30,429 bases of DNA from a virus: the IMG/VR virus record IMGVR_UViG_3300045988_119600; one strand, 5' to 3'. Both the position numbers and the translations under genes were made by a program. The notes below the pieces were generated by a model. That model did no database searches and was not told where the DNA came from. It was given only the letters and a program-made list of their open reading frames with translations. This document shows, piece by piece, positions 8,678 through 18,255 of the stretch (the stretch's first letter is position 1; each line of letters begins with the position of its first letter).

Positions 8678-8929
8678 ATGGAAGTTAAATTTTATCACAT
8701 TCAAACATATACCTGCTATTGTGGCGAAACAATAGATCATTTCTTTAAAGGCACGGAAAAAGAAATGGAACAATATGCGGAATCTTGTGTTGAAGATGAC
8801 GCTATGGAGTGGTGGGATCAGCAAAGCGAAGAAGACTTCTATGATGAGTATGACGCTTATCTTGCCGAATGTGGATACAATGTTTAGGAAGTCTCGGAAG
8901 AAGAATATGAAAAGTATAAGGAGTTTTAA
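8678..8929 (+). CDS. Hypothetical acidic protein that reads through an in-frame TAG at 8885-8887 to TAA at 8927-8929
   Basis: After the TAG, 13 in-frame codons (EVSEEEYEKYKEF*) end 2 nt before the next gene's ATG at 8932. This fits the tight packing seen elsewhere. Confidence 0.5.
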
Positions 8930-8931
8930 TT

Positions 8932-9246
8932 ATGAAAACGATTTACGCTATTAGAGACAATGAGACTGAGGAGATTGTTCTTCTTACAGAAACTATTGAT
9001 GACGCTCAGGAGACAGTTCTTTCTCTCCAAGAGGAAGCAATGTATGAGCGATTCCTTAGTGATACCGTGCGGTTCACAAGCTCTTATCTTACCATTGAAC
9101 CGGAAAAGTGGTGGGCTGAGGTCGCCAGTTTGAAAGATTGGTATAGCAAGCTTCAAGCCATGAAGTCTCCCTATATCACAACCGAAGGTTTCGCAATTCA
9201 GTTTAAGAGCCATGAATATTATATTGAGGAGCAGACAATCCTATGA
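8932..9246 (+). CDS. Hypothetical protein (104 aa)
   Basis: RBS aaggag; ATGA overlap with the next gene. Confidence 0.6.
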   Translation: MKTIYAIRDNETEEIVLLTETIDDAQETVLSLQEEAMYERFLSDTVRFTSSYLTIEPEKWWAEVASLKDWYSKLQAMKSPYITTEGFAIQFKSHEYYIEEQTIL

Positions 9247-9530
9247 AAAGAGTTCACTTAGTATGTGATGAATTTCGCCCCGTTTTAGCTTGCGGTGATC
9301 TTTCAGATGCATATGAAATGCTTCTTTCTTTTTATGAAGAAAGAACTTATGATGATTTTCTTTGGTCTTGTGTTTATCACGATTTATCCATTGAAGATTA
9401 TTTTGATAGTATGAAATGCTCTTTTGAGCTATATAATAAGTATAATAACTCTAAGAAATATGAAACGCTTGAAGCTTATATTTTAGAGGATGAAAAACAT
9501 TTTAGCATAGTTAGTATGTGGGAGGTGTAA
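9243..9530 (+). CDS. Hypothetical protein (95 aa)
   Basis: ORF track. Confidence 0.6.
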   Translation: MKRVHLVCDEFRPVLACGDLSDAYEMLLSFYEERTYDDFLWSCVYHDLSIEDYFDSMKCSFELYNKYNNSKKYETLEAYILEDEKHFSIVSMWEV

Positions 9531-9533
9531 AGC

Positions 9534-10253
9534 ATGGTAGCTCCGAGTTTTCAAAAATTTGAATTCATTGGCGACGTGTATGTATCTGCGGGAAAGAAAT
9601 ATATCCAGGTGAAGAACCCGAAAACCGGGACTATTCGTCAGGTGCGTTGGTATGAAGACGCGGAGTATGCTAAACTTTACCCCGAAAAATCCCAAGAGGT
9701 AGCAACCAAGATGGCTCCGCATCGTCAGGTTCTTGGGTTTGGCGATGCGGGCTACATCACGATTTTCAAAGGTAATTGTGATGAAGAGAACGATTGGTTT
9801 AAGATGAGCTCTGCGCGCTATACGCGGTTGTGGGGTTGGTATTTCCGCTCTTGTGATGAGATTCCTGCGCTTCCCGCAGATGTTGAACCGATTCGTCTTG
9901 ATTGGGATAAGGTCGGCGGAGCGGACGGCGAGCTTTATCGTGAAGAAGTGGTAAAGCACGCGGTTGATGCCCTTGTGTATGATGAGAGTTTGGCTCAGTG
10001 GATCGGCAACATCGGCGACCGCATTGAGATTACTGTGAAAATTGATGACAAGCACGCCCTTGAAAGTAAATATGGTCATACCATTGCTTATTCTATGAGC
10101 GATGTTGATGGTAATCAGTTTATGTGGATCACTTCTTCCAAGAGTGATTGGACTATTGGAAATACTTATCACATTCGTGGAACTGTGAAGTCGCAAGATG
10201 TTCGTAAGAATGTAAAGATTAACACATTAACAAGATGTAGTGAGGTAAAATAA
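9534..10253 (+). CDS. Hypothetical protein (239 aa), noticeably more GC-rich than its neighbours
   Basis: ORF track. The antisense ORF 9483-10196 was rejected. Confidence 0.7.
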   Translation: MVAPSFQKFEFIGDVYVSAGKKYIQVKNPKTGTIRQVRWYEDAEYAKLYPEKSQEVATKMAPHRQVLGFGDAGYITIFKGNCDEENDWFKMSSARYTRLWGWYFRSCDEIPALPADVEPIRLDWDKVGGADGELYREEVVKHAVDALVYDESLAQWIGNIGDRIEITVKIDDKHALESKYGHTIAYSMSDVDGNQFMWITSSKSDWTIGNTYHIRGTVKSQDVRKNVKINTLTRCSEVK

Positions 10254-10426
10254 TGACTGATAAGATGTATTGTGCGTATGATACGCTGAATCCTACTCTG
10301 AATCCTGATGGGACAGAAAAGCACTGGTGCGACTATTATAATAGTTATATTTGTCTTAAATGTCCTTCTCGGTTTAATGGTGAACGTATCAAAAATTATA
10401 TGGAAAATAATCCAAAGGAGCATTAA
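10253..10426 (+). CDS. Small Cys-rich zinc-ribbon protein (57 aa)
   Basis: RBS gtgaggtaaaataATG. C..C…C..C pattern; TAATG overlap upstream. Below the track cut-off. Confidence 0.45.
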   Translation: MTDKMYCAYDTLNPTLNPDGTEKHWCDYYNSYICLKCPSRFNGERIKNYMENNPKEH

Positions 10427-10429
10427 ATT

Positions 10430-11101
10430 ATGAAGAGATTTATTTGTGGTATTATTGCAATTATCCTTTGCCTTTCGTTGACCGCGTGCGATAGTCCAGA
10501 AACAACTACAATCACTGCCGAGCCAGAAGATGGCGATGTTAAGCTTTCTTTCCTTGCTACCTTCTATGATAACCACGGCGCCCAGTGGCTTCGGTGTGAA
10601 GGCGAGACCTTCGACATTAAGCCTAACAAGGTAAAGGAATGGGCTTATACTACTGATGGTAGTTGGGTTGGTTCGTATTCTCTTTCGTCAGTTGTAAGCA
10701 TTGACATTGATGGCAAAAGTATTGAGAGTTGCGGTTCTACTATTGTTTTTGCGGATAGCCGTCTCACTCAGTATGATGTAGATATTCCCGCGGAAGCCTC
10801 GACTAATAGTGGCAATGGAGCCAGCATTTCCGCGCCTACCGACCGCAGTTGGGATGAGTATTGGGATCTTTCTTGGTGGTATTGGAAGTCTAAGGATTTG
10901 AACAATGCGGATACCGGCAGTAAGATTGTAGTAATTCAGTCTCAGATGGGCGACCCCATTTGTATGTTTACTGGTGATAATATTTCTTGGAATATTCCGA
11001 AGAATCTTCCTAAGACTACTCAGTTAACGATTGATGGTAAGGCAGTATATATTCATCGTGCGAATTTCGCCATTATTGATACTGATTTATTCAATAATTA
11101 A
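10430..11101 (+). CDS. Lipoprotein (signal peptide with lipobox LSLTAC)
   Basis: MKRFICGIIAIILCLSLTAC-DSP… RBS aaaggag. Confidence 0.75.
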   Translation: MKRFICGIIAIILCLSLTACDSPETTTITAEPEDGDVKLSFLATFYDNHGAQWLRCEGETFDIKPNKVKEWAYTTDGSWVGSYSLSSVVSIDIDGKSIESCGSTIVFADSRLTQYDVDIPAEASTNSGNGASISAPTDRSWDEYWDLSWWYWKSKDLNNADTGSKIVVIQSQMGDPICMFTGDNISWNIPKNLPKTTQLTIDGKAVYIHRANFAIIDTDLFNN

Positions 11102-11125
11102 ATAAATTAAAAGTCCTTTTTTGAT

Positions 11126-11184
11126 TTTTTATAAATATTATTATATAATATTTATAGAAAGTTAAGAAAGGACTTTTTTTTTAT
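11126..11184 (+). promoter_or_regulatory. Conserved promoter and leader (TTGATT-17-TATAAT-atttatagaaagttaagaaagga), flanked by the inverted repeat aaaagtcc…ggactttt
   Basis: Motif copy. Confidence 0.55.
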
Positions 11185-11469
11185 ATGACTTATATTTCTA
11201 AGCCTGTTGTGCGTCATGATCAGTTCATTGAATGGCTTCATGACACTTTCCCCGATTGGACTGAGGATGATATAAATGATGTGGTGGAATTCCTTCTTGA
11301 TTATGGTAATTATGTAGAAATTCGTTTTATTGGCAATGACGAAGATCTATCTATCTGCGATGAAGATGAATTTGAAGTCTTTGCCAATGTAAATCGCGTC
11401 TATGCGGAACTCCGCAAATTCTTTTGCTATACCGATTACAAGATCCTGCTTGTATGTTGCGATTGGTAA
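11185..11469 (+). CDS. Hypothetical protein, tandem paralog 1
   Basis: 94 aa, clearly homologous to the 11502 product (WLHDTFP(D/E)W…NDEDLS…DEDE…FAN(V/A)NRVYAELRK(F/V)FC(Y/D)TDY…L(L)VC). Confidence 0.65.
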   Translation: MTYISKPVVRHDQFIEWLHDTFPDWTEDDINDVVEFLLDYGNYVEIRFIGNDEDLSICDEDEFEVFANVNRVYAELRKFFCYTDYKILLVCCDW

Positions 11470-11501
11470 AAAATGTAGAAAGTTAAGAGAGGACTTTTTT
11501 T

Positions 11502-11786
11502 ATGGATTATACTTTGAAACCTATTGTATATGGAAGTCAATTTAGGATTTGGCTTCATGATACTTTCCCTGAATGGTCAGAGAATGACATTGATGATGTT
11601 TTAGACATTATCCTTGGTGATTGGAGTTATACCGAAGTTTATTTCATTAACAATGATGAAGATTTATCTCTTGTTGATGAAGATGAGCGCGAAATTTTTG
11701 CTAACGCGAATCGTGTTTATGCCGAGCTTCGTAAGGTCTTTTGTGATACTGACTATGTAAGTATTCTCGTATGTCGTAGTTGGTAA
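11502..11786 (+). CDS. Hypothetical protein, tandem paralog 2
   Basis: Own truncated leader copy (aaaatgtagaaagttaagagagga). Confidence 0.65.
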   Translation: MDYTLKPIVYGSQFRIWLHDTFPEWSENDIDDVLDIILGDWSYTEVYFINNDEDLSLVDEDEREIFANANRVYAELRKVFCDTDYVSILVCRSW

Positions 11787-11855
11787 GATCTTTTTGACAT
11801 TTTTAAAAAAATAATATATAATATATATAGAAAATAAGAAAAGAGGTTATTTATT

Positions 11856-12098
11856 ATGGAGTATCACTACATAGCTCATGTTCATGCAGTAGACCCAGAA
11901 AAAGAAGATTTTCAGGGTGTAATGGTAGCCTCTGATTATTTGGAAGCAATTAAGCGTATTGTGTATTTCTATAAATACGATATTGCTTTTGTGGAAATTA
12001 TTATCGCTGATGATAAAACAGTTCCTTACCTTGGAGCGAAGATTACGTTTAGTCATCAGGCAATTTGCGATATATTAGGAGAGGATAACAATGATTGA
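11856..12098 (+). CDS. Hypothetical protein (80 aa)
   Basis: Conserved promoter and leader at 11786-11855. Confidence 0.6.
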   Translation: MEYHYIAHVHAVDPEKEDFQGVMVASDYLEAIKRIVYFYKYDIAFVEIIIADDKTVPYLGAKITFSHQAICDILGEDNND

Positions 12099-12366
12099 AA
12101 AAGTAATCGCGATTCATAGTGAGCGCTATGGCTTGGTGTTTTGCACGGCTACTGAAACTTGGACTCCCGAGGAATTCATTACCCATTTAGCTATTCCTCA
12201 CAAGTCTCGTTATAAGATTCGTGAAATTTGGGAAATGGATTATCCCGAAGATGGTATTCATGCTCATATGATGGATATTCTTATTAATAAAGATAAGGAT
12301 GGCAAAGCTCATACTGAGTTTGATTTCTTCTGGGACGATAAAGATACATTGGAGTGGATGGAGTAA
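12091..12366 (+). CDS. Hypothetical protein (91 aa)
   Basis: ATGA overlap with the upstream gene. Confidence 0.6.
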   Translation: MIEKVIAIHSERYGLVFCTATETWTPEEFITHLAIPHKSRYKIREIWEMDYPEDGIHAHMMDILINKDKDGKAHTEFDFFWDDKDTLEWME

Positions 12367-12527
12367 TGGATAATTTGTTTATGTGTTATGCGAATCACAC
12401 TGAGGAACTTGAAAGAATTATCAAGGAAATTAGTGCTGGTGCAACGACTTTCCAGACTGAGCTCACTCTAACAGACAGCGATATGGAATATATCCGACGA
12501 GAAGTGGAGAGGAGACTAAATGGCTGA
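12366..12527 (+). CDS. Small hypothetical protein (53 aa), with TAATG overlap upstream and overlapping the next start downstream
   Basis: MDNLFMCYANHTEELERIIKEISAGATTFQTELTLTDSDMEYIRREVERRLNG*. Confidence 0.4.
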   Translation: MDNLFMCYANHTEELERIIKEISAGATTFQTELTLTDSDMEYIRREVERRLNG

Positions 12528-13884
12528 ATCTAATGTAATGGGAACTTATAAATTCCCACCTAATGTCTTTGATAAAGTCTTAGATAAATTTAGTCAAGCA
12601 GTTCAAGATGGTAAGTATCATAAGCTTGATTACGTCTTTTGGCGTAAATTAAAGACTACTAAAAATAGTGTTAGGATTGTTGTCAAATCTGACCTTAATG
12701 GTAAAATTTTCTTTGATATTTTTCCTGATACTTATATTATGAATTCTTTCTTTGCTGACGGTATTGATGGTTCTTTTGGTGAATACTTAGTTGATAATGT
12801 TTGTAATATTTTTACAAATGATTATGCGATTGAATGTTCGGAAAAGTTTCTTGAATATAAGATGCGTAGGGCAAAGAAGACTGTTGAAAAGAATAACGAT
12901 ATAAGCAAAACCCGCGATGACCTTGATTATATCAAAGTGTATGACAAGGGAATATGGAGCACAGAATTTTCTTGCGCGAATACTATTTCTGATGAAGAAG
13001 CCCAGAAGATTCTTGGAGAGTTAAATGCCACACCTATTACAGTAGTCTCTGATGATGATTGCATGACTGGAAAGGTTGCTTCAATTGATTCTAACGCAAT
13101 TTTTGCTACTACTCTCGCTTCTGCCCCTGATACAATTACACTCGGTGGTAGTCAAATTGACGCAATTAAAGATAAGTGTGCCATGATTGATAACGATTAT
13201 ATTGATGATCAAATCAATAAAGTTTTGAACGAACAAAATACATTTAACAATAATGTTGATAATAAGAAAGGAAATAAGAAAATGAAGGCGTTTAATTTTG
13301 ATTTTGGCCCCTGCACCACTGATAACATTCGTATGTCTATGTATGGCCTGGCCGTGAAGAACGCGAATGGCACTTGGGTTTCTTACAACCCTGAGAGTAA
13401 GGAGATTATCGACGTCGATATCTTCAACTTTGATGGCGGTAAGTTCCTTTACAAGATGCCGGTTGCCATCAAGGACGTTAAGGTCGGCGACATTGTGATC
13501 CACAACCGCAAGGCGATGTTTGTGACTGAGGTTGCTGAAACGGGTATGACTGCGATTGATCCGCAGGCCGGTGAGGAGAAGAAGATTCTGCTTACCAAGT
13601 CTCCGTTTGGTTTCAACTTCGCAACGAAGGTCGTGTCTCTCTTTAACATGACTTCTGATGCGCCCACTCCGGATGCGCCGTTCGGCAATATGCTTCCCTT
13701 CCTCATGATGAGTGAGAATAGTGGTGAGTTCGACATGAACACCATGCTGATGCTCTCTATGATGGGTGGTCAGAGTGGTATGGATTTCTCTAAGAATCCT
13801 ATGATGATGTATTTCCTTATGAAGGATTCCAAGAACGCGGATGATCTTCTTCCGCTCATGTTCATGGGTAATCTTTGTAAGTAA
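12520..13884 (+). CDS. Large hypothetical protein (454 aa) with a Met-rich C-terminus. Composition is chimeric: the 5' half is AT-rich and the 3' half (about 13290-13884) is GC-rich
   Basis: ORF track. Antisense ORFs were rejected. Confidence 0.75.
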   Translation: MAESNVMGTYKFPPNVFDKVLDKFSQAVQDGKYHKLDYVFWRKLKTTKNSVRIVVKSDLNGKIFFDIFPDTYIMNSFFADGIDGSFGEYLVDNVCNIFTNDYAIECSEKFLEYKMRRAKKTVEKNNDISKTRDDLDYIKVYDKGIWSTEFSCANTISDEEAQKILGELNATPITVVSDDDCMTGKVASIDSNAIFATTLASAPDTITLGGSQIDAIKDKCAMIDNDYIDDQINKVLNEQNTFNNNVDNKKGNKKMKAFNFDFGPCTTDNIRMSMYGLAVKNANGTWVSYNPESKEIIDVDIFNFDGGKFLYKMPVAIKDVKVGDIVIHNRKAMFVTEVAETGMTAIDPQAGEEKKILLTKSPFGFNFATKVVSLFNMTSDAPTPDAPFGNMLPFLMMSENSGEFDMNTMLMLSMMGGQSGMDFSKNPMMMYFLMKDSKNADDLLPLMFMGNLCK

Positions 13885-13905
13885 ATATAATAAAACCCCT
13901 TTCGC

Positions 13906-13948
13906 AAGAAAGCCCTTTGATTGACCGCAAAGGGCTTTCTTTATTTTT
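13906..13948 (+). terminator. Rho-independent terminator
   Basis: aagaaagccctttg-attgaccg-caaagggctttctt followed by tatttttat. Confidence 0.8.
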
Positions 13949-14013
13949 ATAAAAAAATATATTATAATATATATATAAAGTTAAGAAAGATATTAAAAAG
14001 AGGTTGATAAGAT

Positions 14014-15618
14014 ATGGCTAATTTATTTGAGCTCCTTTCCAAAGAAGATTGCGAAAAGATTGAAGAGTATATTCGTAATTTTGCGGGCCTCGGCGGAGAT
14101 AGTTCCGATATGAAGGCATCTCTCGACTACATTCTCCGCTTTTGGGCTTATAATAAGCAGAATCTTTATAAGATGTTGGGAGATAATCTTATCATTTCTC
14201 GTAAGGTAAGTTATTCTCGTTCTTATGAAGAGATGAGTGATGATTATTATGATTATTTCGGTAGAAATGGTGATGGTTTCGAATTCCGAAATACCTTTAA
14301 TAATAAGGTAAGAGATCTTTATCTCAGGACAACCATCTCTAATACTCAGTATCTTAATTTGGCAAGTCTTTTGGATGTTGAACCTTTAATGTCTAACATC
14401 TATGATGGTGAATCTTTTAAATTCACTTATAATAATAAAACTCTTATGATTAATAAGGGCATGAAGCTTAGTAAGATGCTTGGTAAGCTGAGTGATATTT
14501 TGGAGATTGACCGCGATGTTTATGAAAAGTTCCGTATCGCTCATTCTCAGTTCCTCAATCAGAAAAATATTTCTGGTGAACTTTGTCTTTCTGTTCATCC
14601 TCTTGATTATATCACTATGAGTGATAATAATTGCGGTTGGGATTCTTGTATGAGATGGCAGAATGGTGGTGGCGAATATCGTCAGGGAACCGTTGAGATG
14701 ATGAATTCTCCCATTATCCTTGAAGCTTATCTTAAATCTGATAAGGACATGGAAATTTGTTATAAGGTTGGTAAGCCTGTGATGTGGAATAGCAAGCGCT
14801 GGCGTGAACTTTTCATCGTAGATGAAAGTCTTATCCTTGGTATCAAGGGTTATCCTTATTGTAATGATAACCTTGAAAGTATTTGTCTCGCTTGGATCAA
14901 GAAGCTCGCTGAACAGAATCTTGGCTTTGGTCCTTATACCAAGTATTTAAATAAGATTCAGAATTACAGTAATAATATTATTGGTGAGTTTGATAGAAAT
15001 ATTTATTTCAATCTTGATACCAATTTCATGTATAACGATATCTATTCAGAGCATAATGCTTACGTTTCCACTAAGATTCCTACGGACGAAAACATTGATC
15101 TTAACTACTCGGGTGAATCTGAGTGTATGTGTTGTGGAGAGCTTCTTGATGATTCTCTCTTCGATGATAGAGAGAATAACGCGGAAATGACTATCTGTCC
15201 AAGTTGCTCGGGTGCAGTAAAGTGCGATAAGTGTGGCGATATTGTTTATGTCGATGACACTTATAATGTCGATGGAAAAACTTACTGCGCTTATTGTTAT
15301 GATGAAAGCACAGAAGTTTGTCCTTGTTGTGAAGTTCGTAAAGATTATGATGATATGAAGCAAATCCGTCTTCGATTCCAAAAGAAGCCAGTTGGATTCT
15401 ATGCGGATATTTGTTGGGATTGTTGTGGAGATAAAAAAGTAAAAACCTTCTTCACTGGTGAAATTGAAGAAGAAAGAGACGGTTGGCGCTCTAATTATTA
15501 TGTCGATGGAGAAACTCTCACGGAAAAGGGCAGAGACCTCTTTGACATTAATGAAGAGGAATTTATTTCTTGGGTGAATGGCACTAACCCAAATCAAAGA
15601 CCTTCTTTGATTTTTTAA
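14014..15618 (+). CDS. Large protein, paralog A. Unknown N-terminal domain with an LC(L/F)SVHPLD core, plus a C-terminal multi-CxxC zinc-ribbon array
   Basis: Shares ELCLSVHPLDYITMSDNNCGWDSC…GEYRQG…WNSKRWRELF with the 18105 product. C-terminus reads CMCCGELL…CPSCSG…CDKCGD…CAYCYDE…CPCCEV…CWDCCGDKK. Confidence 0.8.
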   Translation: MANLFELLSKEDCEKIEEYIRNFAGLGGDSSDMKASLDYILRFWAYNKQNLYKMLGDNLIISRKVSYSRSYEEMSDDYYDYFGRNGDGFEFRNTFNNKVRDLYLRTTISNTQYLNLASLLDVEPLMSNIYDGESFKFTYNNKTLMINKGMKLSKMLGKLSDILEIDRDVYEKFRIAHSQFLNQKNISGELCLSVHPLDYITMSDNNCGWDSCMRWQNGGGEYRQGTVEMMNSPIILEAYLKSDKDMEICYKVGKPVMWNSKRWRELFIVDESLILGIKGYPYCNDNLESICLAWIKKLAEQNLGFGPYTKYLNKIQNYSNNIIGEFDRNIYFNLDTNFMYNDIYSEHNAYVSTKIPTDENIDLNYSGESECMCCGELLDDSLFDDRENNAEMTICPSCSGAVKCDKCGDIVYVDDTYNVDGKTYCAYCYDESTEVCPCCEVRKDYDDMKQIRLRFQKKPVGFYADICWDCCGDKKVKTFFTGEIEEERDGWRSNYYVDGETLTEKGRDLFDINEEEFISWVNGTNPNQRPSLIF

Positions 15619-15624
15619 AAAAAA

Positions 15625-15708
15625 TAATATATAATATTTATGTAAGGTAAAGGAAGAGATACTTCCTAAAAATAAAATTGTTATTTATGAAAGGTTAAGG
15701 TAAAAATT
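15625..15708 (+). promoter_or_regulatory. Conserved promoter (TTGATT-17-TATAAT) with a longer leader containing the ggaagagatacttcc hairpin
   Basis: Motif copy. Confidence 0.5.
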
Positions 15709-16125
15709 ATGACTAATGAAGTTAAGGTTTCTAAGCGCGATTATCTGACCGCGATTATCGGAGCTATGCACACTGGTGAGATCAAGTATGATCCCAATGA
15801 CGTGATCGCATTTTGCGAGCATGAGATTGAGCTGCTTGATAAGAAGACTGCCAAGGCTAAGGAGCGTGCGGCCGCCAAGCGTGCTGAGGGCGATGAGCTG
15901 ACTGAGCAGATTTATAATGTTCTTTATGACGATGAGTTTATGACCATTCCTGAGATCGTCAAGGCTCTCGGCGATGAGAGTGTCTCCGCACAGAAAGCAA
16001 GCTATCGACTCCGCACTCTTGTGAGCGAGAACCGCGCGGAGAAGACTGAGGTTTCTGTTCCGGGCGCTGATGGCGGTAAGGCTTCCAAGAAAGTGGCTTA
16101 TCGCAAGATTGTCGCTGAGGACTAA
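15709..16125 (+). CDS. GC-rich moron-like gene (138 aa), possibly a small DNA-binding protein
   Basis: About 50% GC in an AT-rich background, with its own promoter upstream and a strong terminator downstream. The MTIPEIVKALGDESVSAQKASYRLRTLV segment looks HTH-like. Confidence 0.7.
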   Translation: MTNEVKVSKRDYLTAIIGAMHTGEIKYDPNDVIAFCEHEIELLDKKTAKAKERAAAKRAEGDELTEQIYNVLYDDEFMTIPEIVKALGDESVSAQKASYRLRTLVSENRAEKTEVSVPGADGGKASKKVAYRKIVAED

Positions 16126-16139
16126 GAATTAAATGATTA

Positions 16140-16171
16140 AATGGACTGAAAATTTTTCAGTCCATTTTTTC
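16140..16171 (+). terminator. Rho-independent terminator
   Basis: atggactgaaa-att-tttcagtccat followed by ttttt. Confidence 0.85.
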
Positions 16172-16243
16172 TTGTTATCTGCTCCGACCGGTGCTGGTCG
16201 CATATACCGAAAGTCCAAAAGTAAAAAGCCGTTTAGAATTTTC

Positions 16244-16272
16244 TTGACAAAATTAGAGTTTTTTGTTATAAT
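16244..16272 (+). promoter_or_regulatory. Near-consensus sigma70 promoter (TTGACA-17-TATAAT)
   Basis: ttgaca-aaattagagttttttgt-tataat, then AAGGAG 9 nt before the TTG at 16297. Confidence 0.6.
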
Positions 16273-16296
16273 TATATTATAAAGGAGTGATATAAT

Positions 16297-17097
16297 TTGA
16301 AATATTGTGTTTCTGTGCGTCAACCTGATGTTGTTCGTGAGAAGGCTGATGAGCTTATGGTTAATTATAATGATATAAACATTATGTATGATATGATTTA
16401 GAAATTTCCTAATAAGCGATATATTATCAGAATCCGCAAAAACGAAGAAGTGAATTGGGAAGAGATTGATTCCTTTAAGGATAAAGTCGATCTTATTGTA
16501 GCATTTGAAGATATGCTTACTCGTAATGGATGTAATATTGATGTAAAGTATTATTTCGCTTATCCCGCTACTACATGGGCAGAAGTCCGCGTTCTCCTTG
16601 ATCTTAAAGTTAGCGAACTTTTCATCGGGGCACCACTTACATTTGATTTGAGACAATTAAATCAGCAAGCAAAAGTCCCAATTCGTATGATTGCGAATAA
16701 ATGCTATGACGATAATCTTCCAAGAGAAAATGGAATATGCGGTTCCTACGTCCGACCGGAAGACGTAGATTATTATGGAACATATGTCTCAACTTTAGAA
16801 TTTGACGAGCCCGCACTCTCCAAAGAAGCTGTGCTTTTGGATATCTATCAAAGTGGTCATTGGCAAGGTAATCTAAATCTTTTATTAACCAATCTAAATT
16901 ATAATGCGGATAATCGTGGAATCCCCGAAGATTTTGGCCCCAACCGCATCAATTGCGGTCAGCGCTGTCAACGACAAGGGACGTGCCATTATTGTGAAAC
17001 CGCATTTATATTCTCTCGTGTTATAGATAAAGCCGTTCAAGCAAGTAAGCAGAATAATCCTATCCCCGAGGCGGAAGAGGACTCAATTGACAAATAA
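16297..17097 (+). CDS. Hypothetical protein. The track shows 16450-17097, but the same frame is open back to TTG 16297 (or ATG 16357) through an in-frame TAG at 16399-16401
   Basis: A strong promoter and RBS sit directly upstream. There is no TAA or TGA between 16297 and 16450 in this frame, and the upstream translation is protein-like. Confidence 0.5.
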
Positions 17098-17148
17098 AAA
17101 AAATAATGTTATAATATAAATATAAGATAAAAGATAGGAGAATAAACT

Positions 17149-18255
17149 GTGAGAGGTTTTAAAACTAATGAACTTTGGTTATTTGAATATCTGGTTCGCT
17201 CGACGCAAGATGAGTTAAGGGAATATGTTGCCGATGTATTGAAATCTAAATATTCTGAAGTAGTTATTACTAAAGAGTATGTTTGTGCGGTTGGCGATAT
17301 TCCGATTGCCTTAGTGGCTCATCTTGATACCGTGTTTGAGAAACCGGTCAAAGATTTATATTATGACACAAGAAAAAATGTGCTTTGGTCACCTGAAGGT
17401 CTTGGTGCAGATGATAGAGCAGGAGTATATGCGATTCTTCATATTTTGAGGAATACATCTTTGCGCCCTTCTATTATTTTTACCACTGATGAAGAAATTG
17501 GTGGATTAGGCGCCGAAGCATTAGTATTACAATATTTTGAGTGTCCATTTCCTGATTTGAAATATATTATTCAGTTGGATAGACAAGGCACAAATGATTG
17601 TGTATTTTACGACCTTTACAATCCTAAATTCATTGATTACATTGAATCTTTTGGATTTGTAGAGGATTTTGGCACGTTTAGTGATATTAGTGTTTTATGT
17701 CCTGAATGGAAAATTTGTGGTGTAAATCTTTCAGTTGGATACAAGAATGAACATAGTCATGTTGAAACATTAAATGCGGGCGCTCTTTTTGATACGATTA
17801 ATAAGGTAATCCGCATGCTCCAAGAGAAAGATATCCCTAATTTTGAGTATTATCGTAATTATCATAATATTTGGTTCGATAATATTTGTAAGAATTTTCC
17901 AACTGATGGCGATGGATTCTACGTTCATTGTAGAGGATGCGGTCAGCTATTTAGTGAGTATGAAACATTTCCAGTAAAGGGATTAGATGGACATACATGT
18001 TTTTATTGTCCTGATTGTATTCCCAGTAATGTTGAATGGTGTGCGGAGTGTGAAGAGGCATTTGAAATTGACCCTGCGAACCCACACAGCGAGTATTGTA
18101 AAGATTGTATTGGAGGATTAGTCAAATGTCATATGACTTCGACATCGAAAGCATTAGAGAACAGTTCAACAAAGTCATCAGTTACTCCCAAGGAATCAGT
18201 AATCCAAAAACAGAAGAACTATTCGAAAGATTCCTCGAAGCCAAAAAAGACTTAA
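17149..18255 (+). CDS. Zinc exopeptidase-like (M42/M20 family) domain fused to C-terminal zinc ribbons. GTG start
   Basis: Motifs AHLDTVFE, GADDRAGV and TTDEEIGGLGA, in the order expected for the M42/M20 zinc-aminopeptidase fold. C-terminus reads CRGCGQ…CFYCPDC…CAECEE…CKDC. RBS aggaga 7 nt before the GTG. Confidence 0.65.
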   Translation: MRGFKTNELWLFEYLVRSTQDELREYVADVLKSKYSEVVITKEYVCAVGDIPIALVAHLDTVFEKPVKDLYYDTRKNVLWSPEGLGADDRAGVYAILHILRNTSLRPSIIFTTDEEIGGLGAEALVLQYFECPFPDLKYIIQLDRQGTNDCVFYDLYNPKFIDYIESFGFVEDFGTFSDISVLCPEWKICGVNLSVGYKNEHSHVETLNAGALFDTINKVIRMLQEKDIPNFEYYRNYHNIWFDNICKNFPTDGDGFYVHCRGCGQLFSEYETFPVKGLDGHTCFYCPDCIPSNVEWCAECEEAFEIDPANPHSEYCKDCIGGLVKCHMTSTSKALENSSTKSSVTPKESVIQKQKNYSKDSSKPKKT

